Positions 1 through 8,709 of a DNA stretch of 64,000 nucleotides are shown piece by piece. Source of the DNA: Kiritimatiellia bacterium. GTDB taxonomy: Bacteria; Verrucomicrobiota; Kiritimatiellia; B70-G9. Below the pieces are notes generated by a model. The model did not search any database. It was not told where the DNA came from and saw nothing but the letters and a program-made list of their open reading frames with translations. Position 1 is the first letter of the stretch. Every line of letters begins with the position of its first letter. A program made the translations under genes and the position numbers. The stretch is taken from contig JAOZMZ010000002.1 in the NCBI GenBank assembly GCA_029934055.1, positions 14,489-78,488 on the forward strand. Direction: 5' to 3'.

Positions 1-418
1 CTTCCGTGACCGCGATCACGAATCCTGAACCCATCAGACGTATGAGCACCCGCGGCGCAATGGCCGACACACCATGGTACCCGCTCCATTCGTTCGCTGA
101 TCCTTTCGCGCCGAAGACCAAGAACGTTTCGTAGAAGCGGGCGACCGCCGGGAAACGCGCCCCGAGCCATTCCGGACAAACCCATACCAGAAAAACCAAA
201 ACCCCAAGCAGGCAAGCCCGCACCGCGTATTTTCCACGAAATCTTCCATACCAACGCCACGGACGGGTCATCAAAAGTACCAGCAGTGTCGCTCCGCTAC
301 GCAGCCCGTACGACCATGCCGACTTCGGCAGTACCAGCATGAGTACGATCCACACTGCAAAGGGCGCCACATGCGCCACCGTCGCTTCATCGGGCCTTCC
401 TATCGAAACACTCCTCAT
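1..418 (-). CDS. Partial CDS running off the left edge; N-terminal part of a multi-TM protein, possibly a CPBP-family (CAAX-protease-like) intramembrane metalloprotease
   Basis: My own translation of the minus strand gives an ATG at 418-416, then MRSVSIGRPDEATVAHVAPFAVWIVLMLVLPKSAWSYGLRSGATLLVLLMTRPWRWYGRFRGKYAVRACLLGVLVFLVWVCPEWLGARF...GFVIAVTE. The frame stays open to position 1. The protein is hydrophobic and helix-rich, and the final TEE sits where the CPBP EExxxR motif would begin. It is absent from the ORF track, presumably because no stop codon lies in the window. Confidence 0.35.
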   Translation of the reverse strand, partial: MRSVSIGRPDEATVAHVAPFAVWIVLMLVLPKSAWSYGLRSGATLLVLLMTRPWRWYGRFRGKYAVRACLLGVLVFLVWVCPEWLGARFPAVARFYETFLVFGAKGSANEWSGYHGVSAIAPRVLIRLMGSGFVIAVTE

Positions 419-628
419 ACATGCCCACCGTACTGGTGCCGCAGATTAACACGGCCGCGGCTTTCGACAAAAGCCTTTCAGCACTCCTCACCCAGCCGGA
501 CCCCCGCCGACAGCACCATCCGGCCGCACCTTCCTCACACACCGGCAGCGCCTCGGGAAAACGCCCGATCCAATGTACATGCTTTTGGCTTGCCTCACTT
601 ATCGATCAGGATAGTCTTATGCCACGGC

Positions 629-706
629 GGTGGGCGTAGCTCAGCTGGTTAGAGCGACAGGTTGTGGCCCTGTAGGTCGCGGGTTCGAATCCCGTCGCTC
701 ACCCCA
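629..706 (+). tRNA. tRNA-His (anticodon GTG), with an encoded G-1 and an encoded 3' CCA
   Basis: I folded this by hand. Acceptor stem GTGGGCG/CGCTCAC (one G-T wobble). D-arm GCTCAGCTGGTTAGAGC. Anticodon stem ACAGG/CCTGT with loop TTGTGGC (U33, anticodon GTG). T-arm GCGGG-TTCGAAT-CCCGT. Discriminator C, then CCA. The extra 5' G at 629 pairs with the discriminator, which is the hallmark of tRNA-His. Confidence 0.85.
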
Positions 707-736
707 AATTTTCACGAACAGAGCGGAACCGGGAAT

Positions 737-1136
737 CATGCGTCACCCTAAAGCGGAAAAATTTGAACTCCGCCTGAAGAAAATCTTCGACGAAATCGAC
801 GCCCACCTCGAAAAAAAATACGGTGGCCGTTTTCCCCTCCATCCCGCCCGGGCCGCTCCCGGGACGACAGCCAATCCTGAAAGCGACGGGCTTTTCGACA
901 TAGGCGCGGTCTTTTCCCCGGGGTTCGGCTCACGCACCGGACCGGGCTATGTGGTCGATATCAACATGGTAACCCTCGCCCACATTCCCCAATCGGTCCG
1001 GGAAGAGATCGCCCGCGAAGTCGAACACTACCTGCGAAAGGAATTGCCCCGCGTGTTTCCGGACCGTAAACTCAACGTCGTACGCGAAGGGCGCCGCTTC
1101 CGCATCAGCGGCGATCTTTCCCTCGGCACGCTCTAA
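737..1136 (+). CDS. Hypothetical protein (133 aa)
   Basis: An ORF beginning MRHPKAEKFELRLKKIFDEIDAHLEKKY... with plausible, non-repetitive composition. The longer ORF-track version (630..1136) overlaps the tRNA, so I chose the internal ATG at 737. I recognise no family. Confidence 0.35.
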
Positions 1137-1176
1137 CTGAATCCGCCGGCAGACAACTTTCCTCGCCGAAACCGGG

Positions 1177-3405
1177 TCACGTCTGCGTGGCTTCCGCCGA
1201 AGGCCGGTTCACCGCCGCCCGCCGGGCTCGAACAATGGATTCCAATACTTCCATGGCGTCCGCCCCCGCCGCCAGGGAAATCACGCCCGGTTCGGCCGTC
1301 AACTCGCTGTTTTCAGCCCCCAATACCACTATGCCGCTGCCGGGACGCAACTTGATGATCGCCCGCAACAGCCCGGCCGGGTCGGACCCGAGAAATCCCC
1401 GATCGAAAACAATCCCCTCCAGCGGGCTGTCGCTGTCCACTTGTCCCAGGGCCGCAACTACATCATCTGCGGCCGTCACCTCGGCACCCGCCTTCTCCAG
1501 TTGTGCCGACAACGACCCGCGATATTCATCGGCGGGCATCGCCAACAAGACGTGTCGTTCCTTTATCAAGGCGCTCGCTTCCTCGCCGGGCAGTGCCCGC
1601 GAGGCAGACTCCCCCGAAATTTTGAACTCGGGAAGGTTCACCCGATAGGCACGCACGGCACCCCGGCGCCGCAGTATTTCCAGCGTCCCGCCCACCTCTT
1701 CGATCATAGTCCGCACCACCGACTGGATGACTCCGACATCCTCGGTCGAGGTCTGGATCGTCGTCTCGGCAGCCCCGAGCGGCGCGGCCGTCTCGGCCTC
1801 CGTGGCGGTTATGAATATCTGCACACCCCCCTCGGGCCCGCTCTGAACATTGAGCCGTAACCTGCCGGGACGACCGAATTCATCGATGAGCACCAGCCCG
1901 AGGTTGACCACCGCCTCTTCGACCTGCGCGCAACCCAAAGGAACGGCCGGCAATCCCCGCCCACATTCCACCTCCATATCCCATAAAGGTGGCACACCAA
2001 CCTTCAACAGATCCGCCGCCCTTTGAACGTGTTCTTCAACGCGGTCACAGGGCGCCTCACTCTCCCGGGACCGACTGAGAGACAGCAAGTGCAGCGAAAG
2101 TTCCGCCCCTCGTTCGGCCTCTCTGATGATGGCTTCCAGCGAAGCACGGTCTTCCGGCTTCTCCATTCCCGTCGCCTTGATCAGCTCTGCATGACCGGAA
2201 ATCGCACAAAGGATATTGTTGAAATCATGCGCCACCCCGCGCGCAATGCGACCGACCACCTGCAAGGCCGCCATCTGTCGGCGCCGCAACTCGACGGTCT
2301 TCTCGTCAGTAACGTCACTGACCAAGATCAGGTCCATGTCCTCCGAGGGCTGGCTGCGAAAACGCCAAACGCGTAGCACACCGGTGTCGCCTCTTACCTT
2401 TTCGATCTCCCGCGGGCGATCCGCATCCAGCAGGAAGGTCACGTCGGCCTCTCCCAGCATGGGAAAAAGGCTTCTGAGGTCCCGTCCTTTTTCATATTCT
2501 CCCGGCGCCATCTGTCGGCCGGCCGGATTACAGCCGGTCACGCGCCGGTGCTTATCGAGCGCCACCAACCCGTCACTGAGGTAATCCATGCTGTCGACAA
2601 ACCGTCCCACGCGCCGCAGGCTCTCGGCGTAGGTCGTAGAACGCACCGCCCACAACCCCATCGCACCCGTCAAAAGAATCAGCCCGATAATCAAGACATT
2701 GAAAGTCAGGGTGACCTCGCGCACCATGGGCTGAATTTCATCCGCATTGTATCCCACCTGCGCATATGCCAATACCATCCCCTGTGGATCGGTAAGTGGA
2801 ATCAGCAGTTCGTCCGCGGAAGGAACCTTTTCGGTATCGAGTGTAAGACCGGTAAAATACGGCATGCGTTTGCGCACCTTCTGGATGTAACGCGGTCCGA
2901 GAACCCGCAGCAGCACCACCAGCGCTTCGCGCCCGCCGCGCGCCGCCGCCAACTCAGCACATGCCGCGGCTGCAAGATGTTCGCCGGCCTTGACAAACAT
3001 CCCATGCCGCCCATCCGCTGTCCCCCCACTTCGCCATGCCCGCCAAACCTCCGGCAGCATGCCACGCGCCTCGTCCGAACCGCGGAAAAGCAGTACGTGC
3101 CCATCTCCATCCAGTACCGCCGCCGCATCCAGTTCTTCTTTCTCCAAAAATTCAGGAGCACAGATTCTATCGACCGCCGCCGCCTGCCCCCCTGCCACCA
3201 CCGCGACCGCCGCCACCAAGTCGCCCAAATGCCGCCGCTCATCCTCCATCCAGTACAACAGCCTGCGGGCTGCGGCCCTGCTTTGCAGGGATACGATAAG
3301 TTCCTGCACGTAGTTGGTCGTATAAACCGCCGCCCGAGTCGCGATCATCAGCAGAAGGATGATCAAGACCGCATAGCGCCACTCCCCTGGACTTATCCTT
3401 TTCAT
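1177..3405 (-). CDS. Hybrid sensor histidine kinase/response regulator: two N-terminal TM helices, a PAS-like region, HisKA, HATPase_c, and a C-terminal receiver
   Basis: The H-box VAHDFNNILCAISGHAELI marks a HisKA domain. A downstream ATPase region carries G-rich boxes. The C-terminal segment ERHVLLAMPADEYRGSLSAQLEKAGAEV...IVVLGAENSE is a REC-like fold. Hydrophobic stretches after the start and near residue 230 bracket a periplasmic loop. Confidence 0.85.
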   Translation of the reverse strand: MKRISPGEWRYAVLIILLLMIATRAAVYTTNYVQELIVSLQSRAAARRLLYWMEDERRHLGDLVAAVAVVAGGQAAAVDRICAPEFLEKEELDAAAVLDGDGHVLLFRGSDEARGMLPEVWRAWRSGGTADGRHGMFVKAGEHLAAAACAELAAARGGREALVVLLRVLGPRYIQKVRKRMPYFTGLTLDTEKVPSADELLIPLTDPQGMVLAYAQVGYNADEIQPMVREVTLTFNVLIIGLILLTGAMGLWAVRSTTYAESLRRVGRFVDSMDYLSDGLVALDKHRRVTGCNPAGRQMAPGEYEKGRDLRSLFPMLGEADVTFLLDADRPREIEKVRGDTGVLRVWRFRSQPSEDMDLILVSDVTDEKTVELRRRQMAALQVVGRIARGVAHDFNNILCAISGHAELIKATGMEKPEDRASLEAIIREAERGAELSLHLLSLSRSRESEAPCDRVEEHVQRAADLLKVGVPPLWDMEVECGRGLPAVPLGCAQVEEAVVNLGLVLIDEFGRPGRLRLNVQSGPEGGVQIFITATEAETAAPLGAAETTIQTSTEDVGVIQSVVRTMIEEVGGTLEILRRRGAVRAYRVNLPEFKISGESASRALPGEEASALIKERHVLLAMPADEYRGSLSAQLEKAGAEVTAADDVVAALGQVDSDSPLEGIVFDRGFLGSDPAGLLRAIIKLRPGSGIVVLGAENSELTAEPGVISLAAGADAMEVLESIVRARRAAVNRPSAEATQT

Positions 3406-3452
3406 CGTTCAGCGGACCTGATCACCCCCCTGCCATATCCCCCGGTGATCTC

Positions 3453-5498
3453 TCACTGTTGCGCCTGCAACGCCTCCCTGGCAAGATGCTCGTGGATCAA
3501 CTTGCCGCCCGATGGAACCCCGGAAATATCCGTCAAATCTTTGGGCTCCGCCAGCCCGACGGTCACAAAAATTATGACTTCGTCCTGCTCGGCGGCCGTG
3601 TGCGTGTGGCGGAAAAGATACTTTCCGATAATCGGAATATCCCCCAACAGAGGAACCTTTGTGACCTCCTGACGATCCGCCGTCTGCGTCAACCCCCCGA
3701 TCGCAACCGTACGCCCGCTCGCGAGATTGAATTCGGTCTCGATCTTACGCGTCTGAATCCGCGGAAACTCCACTCCAACCTGCTCGACTTTCGCCGGTGT
3801 CAGCAGGCGGCTGAGCTCGGGGGTTATCTTGACGGAGATCCGATCCTTGGTGTTTACCGTCGGCGTTACGGCCAACATGACCCCCACGTCGAAAAACTGC
3901 TGGGCGCTGTCGAGGCCGTAGACATACGTGTTGCCGCTGTCGCCCTGCGGCTTGGCCTGGATATTGGGCTCCCTGACTCCTACGTGAATCGTCGCCGTCT
4001 CCCCGCTGGCCACAATAATCCGCGGGTTGGAAACGATATCAACCCCGCTGTGCTGCTTGAGCGCGCTCAGCGTAATCGCAAAATCGTCCGCCGTCAGAAT
4101 TGCGGAAAGCAACTCTTCGGTGGTGGTCAATACATCATCAGAGACCGCACGGCGATTCTCACTGGCATGCGTGTTGTAGTTCTCGTCCACCCGCGATATT
4201 TCACGCGTGTGATCGCGGGCGGGAACCATGGTTATGGTCCCCTTGCTGGCATCGAACTCGGAGATGTTGTGCCCGCTGACATCGGCATTGAATGTCCCAC
4301 TCTGATACAGCATCGTCGGCACGCCGTTCAGAAGTGCAAAGGCGCTGCTGCCGTACGCCGAATCTATGGAGGCGTCCTGGTACAAGTCTTCGCGCTTGTC
4401 GATATCGCTGTCGGTATAATGCGTTCCCGCCCCCTCCGTATTCACCCGCGTTGAAGTCTCTTGGGTTCCCTTCTTCGAAGTACGCCCGCGTGCATAACCG
4501 TACCGCAAGCCGCGCACACCGATCGTGTAGCCGCTAAGCACCTGCCAGTTGATTCCCAAGTCCTTGATGGCCTGATCATTCAACTCCACGAACTTGGCCT
4601 CTATGAAAACCTGGGGGCGCGGCACGTCCAGCTTGGCGATCGTCTCCTTGATGCGCCCCAGGCGGTTGGCCGTCTCCTGAATCACCAGGGAATTGGCCGA
4701 CGGAAAACCGGCTACGGAAGCATTCGTCGAAACCAGCATGCGGCGCACGATCGGCAAAATATTCGACACCGTCGTATACTTCAGAAAAACCGTATCAACG
4801 GTGACCGGCTCCGACGCCAAATCATCCTTGGACATAATCACGTATATCCCCGGAGCCTTTTCCACCATGGCCATGTCCACCGAATCGAGAATGACCCGCA
4901 GGGCGGGCTCCCACTCCACGTCCTGCAGACTGACCGTAACCTTGCCCTGCAGGTTGGTCCCCGCCACAATGTTGGCGCCGGAAATACGCGTGAACATCCT
5001 CACCACATCCTGCAGCGGCACGTTGTCGAGCGATATGGTGATGAGATCCTTGCGCTCCACCGAAGTCGCCAGCTCTGCTCCGGCGGGCCTACCCTTTTCG
5101 ACCTGTAGCTCTATCAGCTCCTCACCGGAGGATGCCGCCTCTTCCGCAGGAGGCAGACCACCTTCGGCCTGGGCTGCGGCCGCAGTCGATTCAGCCTCGC
5201 CCGCCTCCCCGGAAGTCGCCTCCCCCACCTCTTGCCCCTTCAAAGCTGCTTCCGGCGGACTCTCCTCTCCGCCGACGGCCACACCGGCGAGTCCGTTGGT
5301 CGCCGCTACCTGCCCACCCGAACTTTCCGCAGGTTCCGCCTGCCGGGATTCCATGGAGGTGACCCCCTGCGGCGCGGATGGACTCTGCCCGGGCTGAACA
5401 TTCTCCCCGGCGACCGCCGTCCACGCCACCGCCAAAACCATGGAAAGCATCAAGCCTAAACCAGTATGCTGTGGGTTTTTCATGATGCCCTCCTGCAT
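3453..5498 (-). CDS. pilQ: Type IV pilus / T2SS-family secretin (PilQ/GspD-like)
   Basis: A signal peptide is followed by a long Ala/Glu/Gly-rich low-complexity linker. A secretin-N-type domain follows (NVPLQDVVRMFTRISGANIVAGTNLQGKVTVSLQDVEWEPALRVILDS). The C-terminal secretin signature is present (SNPRIIVASGETATIHVG ... VPLLGDIPIIGKYLFRHTHT...VIIFVT). The gene lies directly downstream of pilMNO-like genes. Confidence 0.85.
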   Translation of the reverse strand: MQEGIMKNPQHTGLGLMLSMVLAVAWTAVAGENVQPGQSPSAPQGVTSMESRQAEPAESSGGQVAATNGLAGVAVGGEESPPEAALKGQEVGEATSGEAGEAESTAAAAQAEGGLPPAEEAASSGEELIELQVEKGRPAGAELATSVERKDLITISLDNVPLQDVVRMFTRISGANIVAGTNLQGKVTVSLQDVEWEPALRVILDSVDMAMVEKAPGIYVIMSKDDLASEPVTVDTVFLKYTTVSNILPIVRRMLVSTNASVAGFPSANSLVIQETANRLGRIKETIAKLDVPRPQVFIEAKFVELNDQAIKDLGINWQVLSGYTIGVRGLRYGYARGRTSKKGTQETSTRVNTEGAGTHYTDSDIDKREDLYQDASIDSAYGSSAFALLNGVPTMLYQSGTFNADVSGHNISEFDASKGTITMVPARDHTREISRVDENYNTHASENRRAVSDDVLTTTEELLSAILTADDFAITLSALKQHSGVDIVSNPRIIVASGETATIHVGVREPNIQAKPQGDSGNTYVYGLDSAQQFFDVGVMLAVTPTVNTKDRISVKITPELSRLLTPAKVEQVGVEFPRIQTRKIETEFNLASGRTVAIGGLTQTADRQEVTKVPLLGDIPIIGKYLFRHTHTAAEQDEVIIFVTVGLAEPKDLTDISGVPSGGKLIHEHLAREALQAQQ

Positions 5499-5591
5499 AT
5501 TGGAGCAACTTTATTCATGATGCGCCTGCCGCCTTTCTTTACTATCCCAACCATTAACACTACCTGTAACACCTCGATTTCTGCCAACCAC

Positions 5592-6263
5592 TCACGTCAT
5601 CTTGCGCGTCCGTACCCGCTTACCCGGAACACCGCTCCCTCCCTGCGACTGCGGCCGCTTGATGATCTGCGGGCCCAAACCCCGCTTCCAGATCGGCCAC
5701 TCCACCGTACAGGCTATGCGGTGCACCTCGGGTTTCGCCGGCTGTCCCGAAATCTCGAAGGCCGCTATCGAAAGATAAGGATTCCTTTCCTCCAGCGTTC
5801 TCACAAAACGCAGGAAATCAAAAAATGTGCACTCGGTAACCAGCCGCACCGTGTAGGGCACGAACTTGCGGTCTATCTTCTCCGAACGCTCCCACGGCAC
5901 CACCCCGGGGCTGACCTCCAGTACGGACTCGATATCAATGCCGACTTCACGCCCTGTGCGGTAAATGTATTCCGTACACCATGTCAGCGGATTCTCGCGG
6001 GATGGTATCAATTCGCGGCTCCAGCGCAAAAGCGCGTCCGAAGTCGCCTTGAATTCGGCCTTAAGCTTGGATTCGCCGATGATCGCCAGCTTGGCCTTCC
6101 GCATCTTGGCCTGCAACTCGCCCAGATCCGTGCGCGCTTCACGAAACGTGGCCAGTGACGGCGTCAACACGAACCGAAACAAGCCGTACAGAATGCCGAA
6201 CGCCAACAGCACCGAAAGAACGATCACCTGTTTCTTTTCCCTGCTGAGGTCCGACCAGTTCAT
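5592..6263 (-). CDS. pilO: PilO-like inner-membrane pilus assembly protein
   Basis: A single N-terminal TM helix (VIVLSVLLAFGILYGLFRFVL) is followed by a coiled-coil stretch and then an alpha/beta domain. A 4-nt overlap with the upstream pilN-like gene suggests translational coupling. Position between pilN and pilQ supports the call. Confidence 0.5.
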   Translation of the reverse strand: MNWSDLSREKKQVIVLSVLLAFGILYGLFRFVLTPSLATFREARTDLGELQAKMRKAKLAIIGESKLKAEFKATSDALLRWSRELIPSRENPLTWCTEYIYRTGREVGIDIESVLEVSPGVVPWERSEKIDRKFVPYTVRLVTECTFFDFLRFVRTLEERNPYLSIAAFEISGQPAKPEVHRIACTVEWPIWKRGLGPQIIKRPQSQGGSGVPGKRVRTRKMT

Positions 6264-6847
6264 TCCATCTTCCTCGGCACCGAGGCCACTTCAACCGCAA
6301 ACACCCGCCCCTCCTGCCCGGGCGGCAGTCCCGGGGCCCTCTGCAAACGCTGCAACTTGACGGTGTCCAGAAACTCCTTGAAGGCCTCGCCGGTCCGCAA
6401 AGTCCGAATAAAACTTACCACGATGGCATCCGCCATGTCACCTCGCACACGCCCTCCCAGCCCCATTTTATATAACCTCGCCGGAGTCGGGGGAAGGTCC
6501 TTTTGCCACTTCGGCGGCGGAATCATTATGAACGTCTCACGAACATTTATCCTATCGATCTGCATCTGGGCCGGCACCACGCGGGCGAATTGCAACAACA
6601 CCTCGTGCCAGGAAACCCGCGAGTTCTGCCACGTCTTCAACTCCTCAATGAGTTTCTTGTTGTCCGCCAACGCCTCCTGCATCGCCCGTACATCCTGATA
6701 ATGCGGATCAATCCTGTGATACGCCGCCCGCGTCCGTTTCAGAGCGACCTTCATCGCCCGTACGTGCAGCACCATGCCCGCCAGTGAAAGCACGACGATC
6801 GCAATGATCGCCAGCCCGATCGCCCGGAAAAGAAACAACTGCGTCAT
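6260..6847 (-). CDS. pilN: PilN-like inner-membrane pilus assembly protein
   Basis: The internal start MTQLFLFRAIGLAIIAIVVLSLAGMVLHV gives a single TM helix followed by a periplasmic domain. The ORF-track version extends 87 aa further upstream into a Gly-rich, improbable region. Position between pilM and pilO supports the call. Confidence 0.5.
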   Translation of the reverse strand: MTQLFLFRAIGLAIIAIVVLSLAGMVLHVRAMKVALKRTRAAYHRIDPHYQDVRAMQEALADNKKLIEELKTWQNSRVSWHEVLLQFARVVPAQMQIDRINVRETFIMIPPPKWQKDLPPTPARLYKMGLGGRVRGDMADAIVVSFIRTLRTGEAFKEFLDTVKLQRLQRAPGLPPGQEGRVFAVEVASVPRKME

Positions 6848-6900
6848 CCGCCCCGGATAACGGCGCTCACTTTCCTCCAGGAACTCTACCCTCAGCTTAC

Positions 6901-7986
6901 TCACGTTTCCAGCACCCCCATGGCCGCACCAACCGCCGCTGCAAAACGCGCCTCCTGCCCCTGCAGCTTCTCGGGAAGCGCGGTCGCACCGATGCACTCC
7001 AGCGGGTTCCACACAATCACCTCTCCGGCCACCGCCGAACGAACACAGTCCACCCAGTAGGACGACATCGCCATCCCTCCGCAGAGATAAAAACGGGTGA
7101 CATGACATTCTTCCCGGCGCTCGACGAAATCCCGTGAAATTGACAGCTGCTGCAAGAACTGCTGAGCGGCCTGTGTCACAAACTGCGAAATATCGAAGGA
7201 ACCCTCCTGAATCACTCGCAATGCCACATCTCGGGTAACCCGCATCTTTTTCTCGAAGAGTTCCGCCACCCGATCACCACCAAGAGGAAACTGCCTCGCC
7301 AGAGCCAATTCCCCACCGTTGAAAAATGCCAGCAGAGTGCCCCGCGCCTCACATGCAATGTAGCCGATCGCACCCTCGTCCTTGGAAGGCGGCCCCCACG
7401 TCGCAAACGCATCCAGACCCGCCAGCGATGCAATCTGTACCGATGCCGCCGCCGGTATCCCCGATTCGACAAGCGATAAAACCCCCGCCACCTCAGCTTC
7501 CGGCAGGGCCGCCGCCAGTATTCTGACCTCACCCTCCCGGCGGCTCCCCGCCCCCATACGCACAAAGCCGAGCCGGTATTCCTTCTCCAGCCCCAGATGC
7601 TCCCGGAGACGGCCCTCCAACCCCTTGGCATCAGCCGCCTTCCCCGTCAGGCTCAAGAAACGCACCACGGCCTCCGGACTCGATACCGCCATGCCGGCAT
7701 ATGTCACCCGCCACTCCCGCGGCAACGGCAAAACCGGCCCGCCCGCCTTCCGGTCTTCCTCTTTTTCCGAAGCCAACTCCAATTTCAATGGCGGCAGCAC
7801 ATCGGCATTGACCAGCGTATACCCCTCCTTGCCCCGCCGAATCCATATGAGCTTGAGGCCCGAAGACCCAAGATCCACCCCCAGTGCCTCACTGACCACC
7901 GGCTCCCTGACTACACCTTTAAGGCTGAAGTCCACCACGGCTCCACAAACCTCCTGCCGCGTCGCCCGGGTCGCGTATCTCCGCAA
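6901..7986 (-). CDS. pilM: PilM, the actin-like ATPase-fold pilus assembly protein
   Basis: The N-terminal phosphate-1-like motif EALGVDLGSSGLKLIWI matches the GxDxGS signature of PilM/FtsA. Its length (about 360 aa) fits. It is the first gene of the pilMNOQ arrangement. Confidence 0.75.
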   Translation of the reverse strand: MRRYATRATRQEVCGAVVDFSLKGVVREPVVSEALGVDLGSSGLKLIWIRRGKEGYTLVNADVLPPLKLELASEKEEDRKAGGPVLPLPREWRVTYAGMAVSSPEAVVRFLSLTGKAADAKGLEGRLREHLGLEKEYRLGFVRMGAGSRREGEVRILAAALPEAEVAGVLSLVESGIPAAASVQIASLAGLDAFATWGPPSKDEGAIGYIACEARGTLLAFFNGGELALARQFPLGGDRVAELFEKKMRVTRDVALRVIQEGSFDISQFVTQAAQQFLQQLSISRDFVERREECHVTRFYLCGGMAMSSYWVDCVRSAVAGEVIVWNPLECIGATALPEKLQGQEARFAAAVGAAMGVLET

Positions 7987-8697
7987 CCCGCGCTCTCACG
8001 AAAGCAGATTCCATGCCCGGAATCCATCTACGGCCTCTCGGCAGGGCCGCCCAACACCGCCGACCGACAGGAAGCGGACACCCATCCACGTATCCCGGCT
8101 GCAGCCCGGCCCGTCCGTGTACGCCTATGGTCCACATCTGCAAAGATTAGGCCAAAAACTTTCACAATGTAAGTAATTTCTCACCTTTCTTCCTCAAGAT
8201 GGGCGTTGCTTTTTCTCATTCGCGCAAATTCGCGGCCGCGTCATGACAGAACGGTTCCTTGGAAAAACATGCCACCGGAAACTCTTTCACCGTGAACCCG
8301 CCTCACAAGACAGCACGTCCGCACGCTTTCCAACACACTATGTGCAGGGTATCTCTCTCTTTTGAAGAAATGCGGGCGGACGCGTCATCCACGCGGCAGC
8401 ATGCACTCAAGACGGCGCGTCTAAGGCCAGGTTATTGTTTGATTTGACACTTGCAGCACCATAAACTGTTGACTGTCGTCACAATAAACAGCGCCTAACG
8501 TGCAACAGCGGCCTACAATCAACGCCGTCGGAGAACACATCGTTCCACCGGCGCATGGCGCAGGGACCCTGCCGCCAACACGCGGCGACGCCCCAAACCG
8601 ACCTGTTTTCCTAAGCGCTGGTATCAAAATTGCTGGTCATAACCCATTGGTACCTTTTGAGAAAAATGATCGTTCCGAAACAGTCTGACAACATCTT

Positions 8698-8704
8698 AAG
8701 GAGG
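8698..8704 (+). promoter_or_regulatory. Shine-Dalgarno sequence (AAGGAGG) for the giant subtilase gene, 5 nt upstream of the GTG start
   Basis: AAGGAGG at 8698-8704, then ATATC, then GTG at 8710. Confidence 0.5.
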
Positions 8705-8709
8705 ATATC

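Noticed and set aside
630-1136. The ORF-track version of the first plus-strand ORF starting at 630
   Set aside because: It would start inside the tRNA-His gene (629-706). The internal ATG at 737 gives a non-overlapping 133-aa protein.
2548-3672. A 374-aa plus-strand ORF overlapping the histidine-kinase gene, and the 3459..4454 and 4461..5397 plus-strand ORFs inside pilQ
   Set aside because: Arg/Pro/His-rich shadow frames. The minus-strand genes have strong family signatures.
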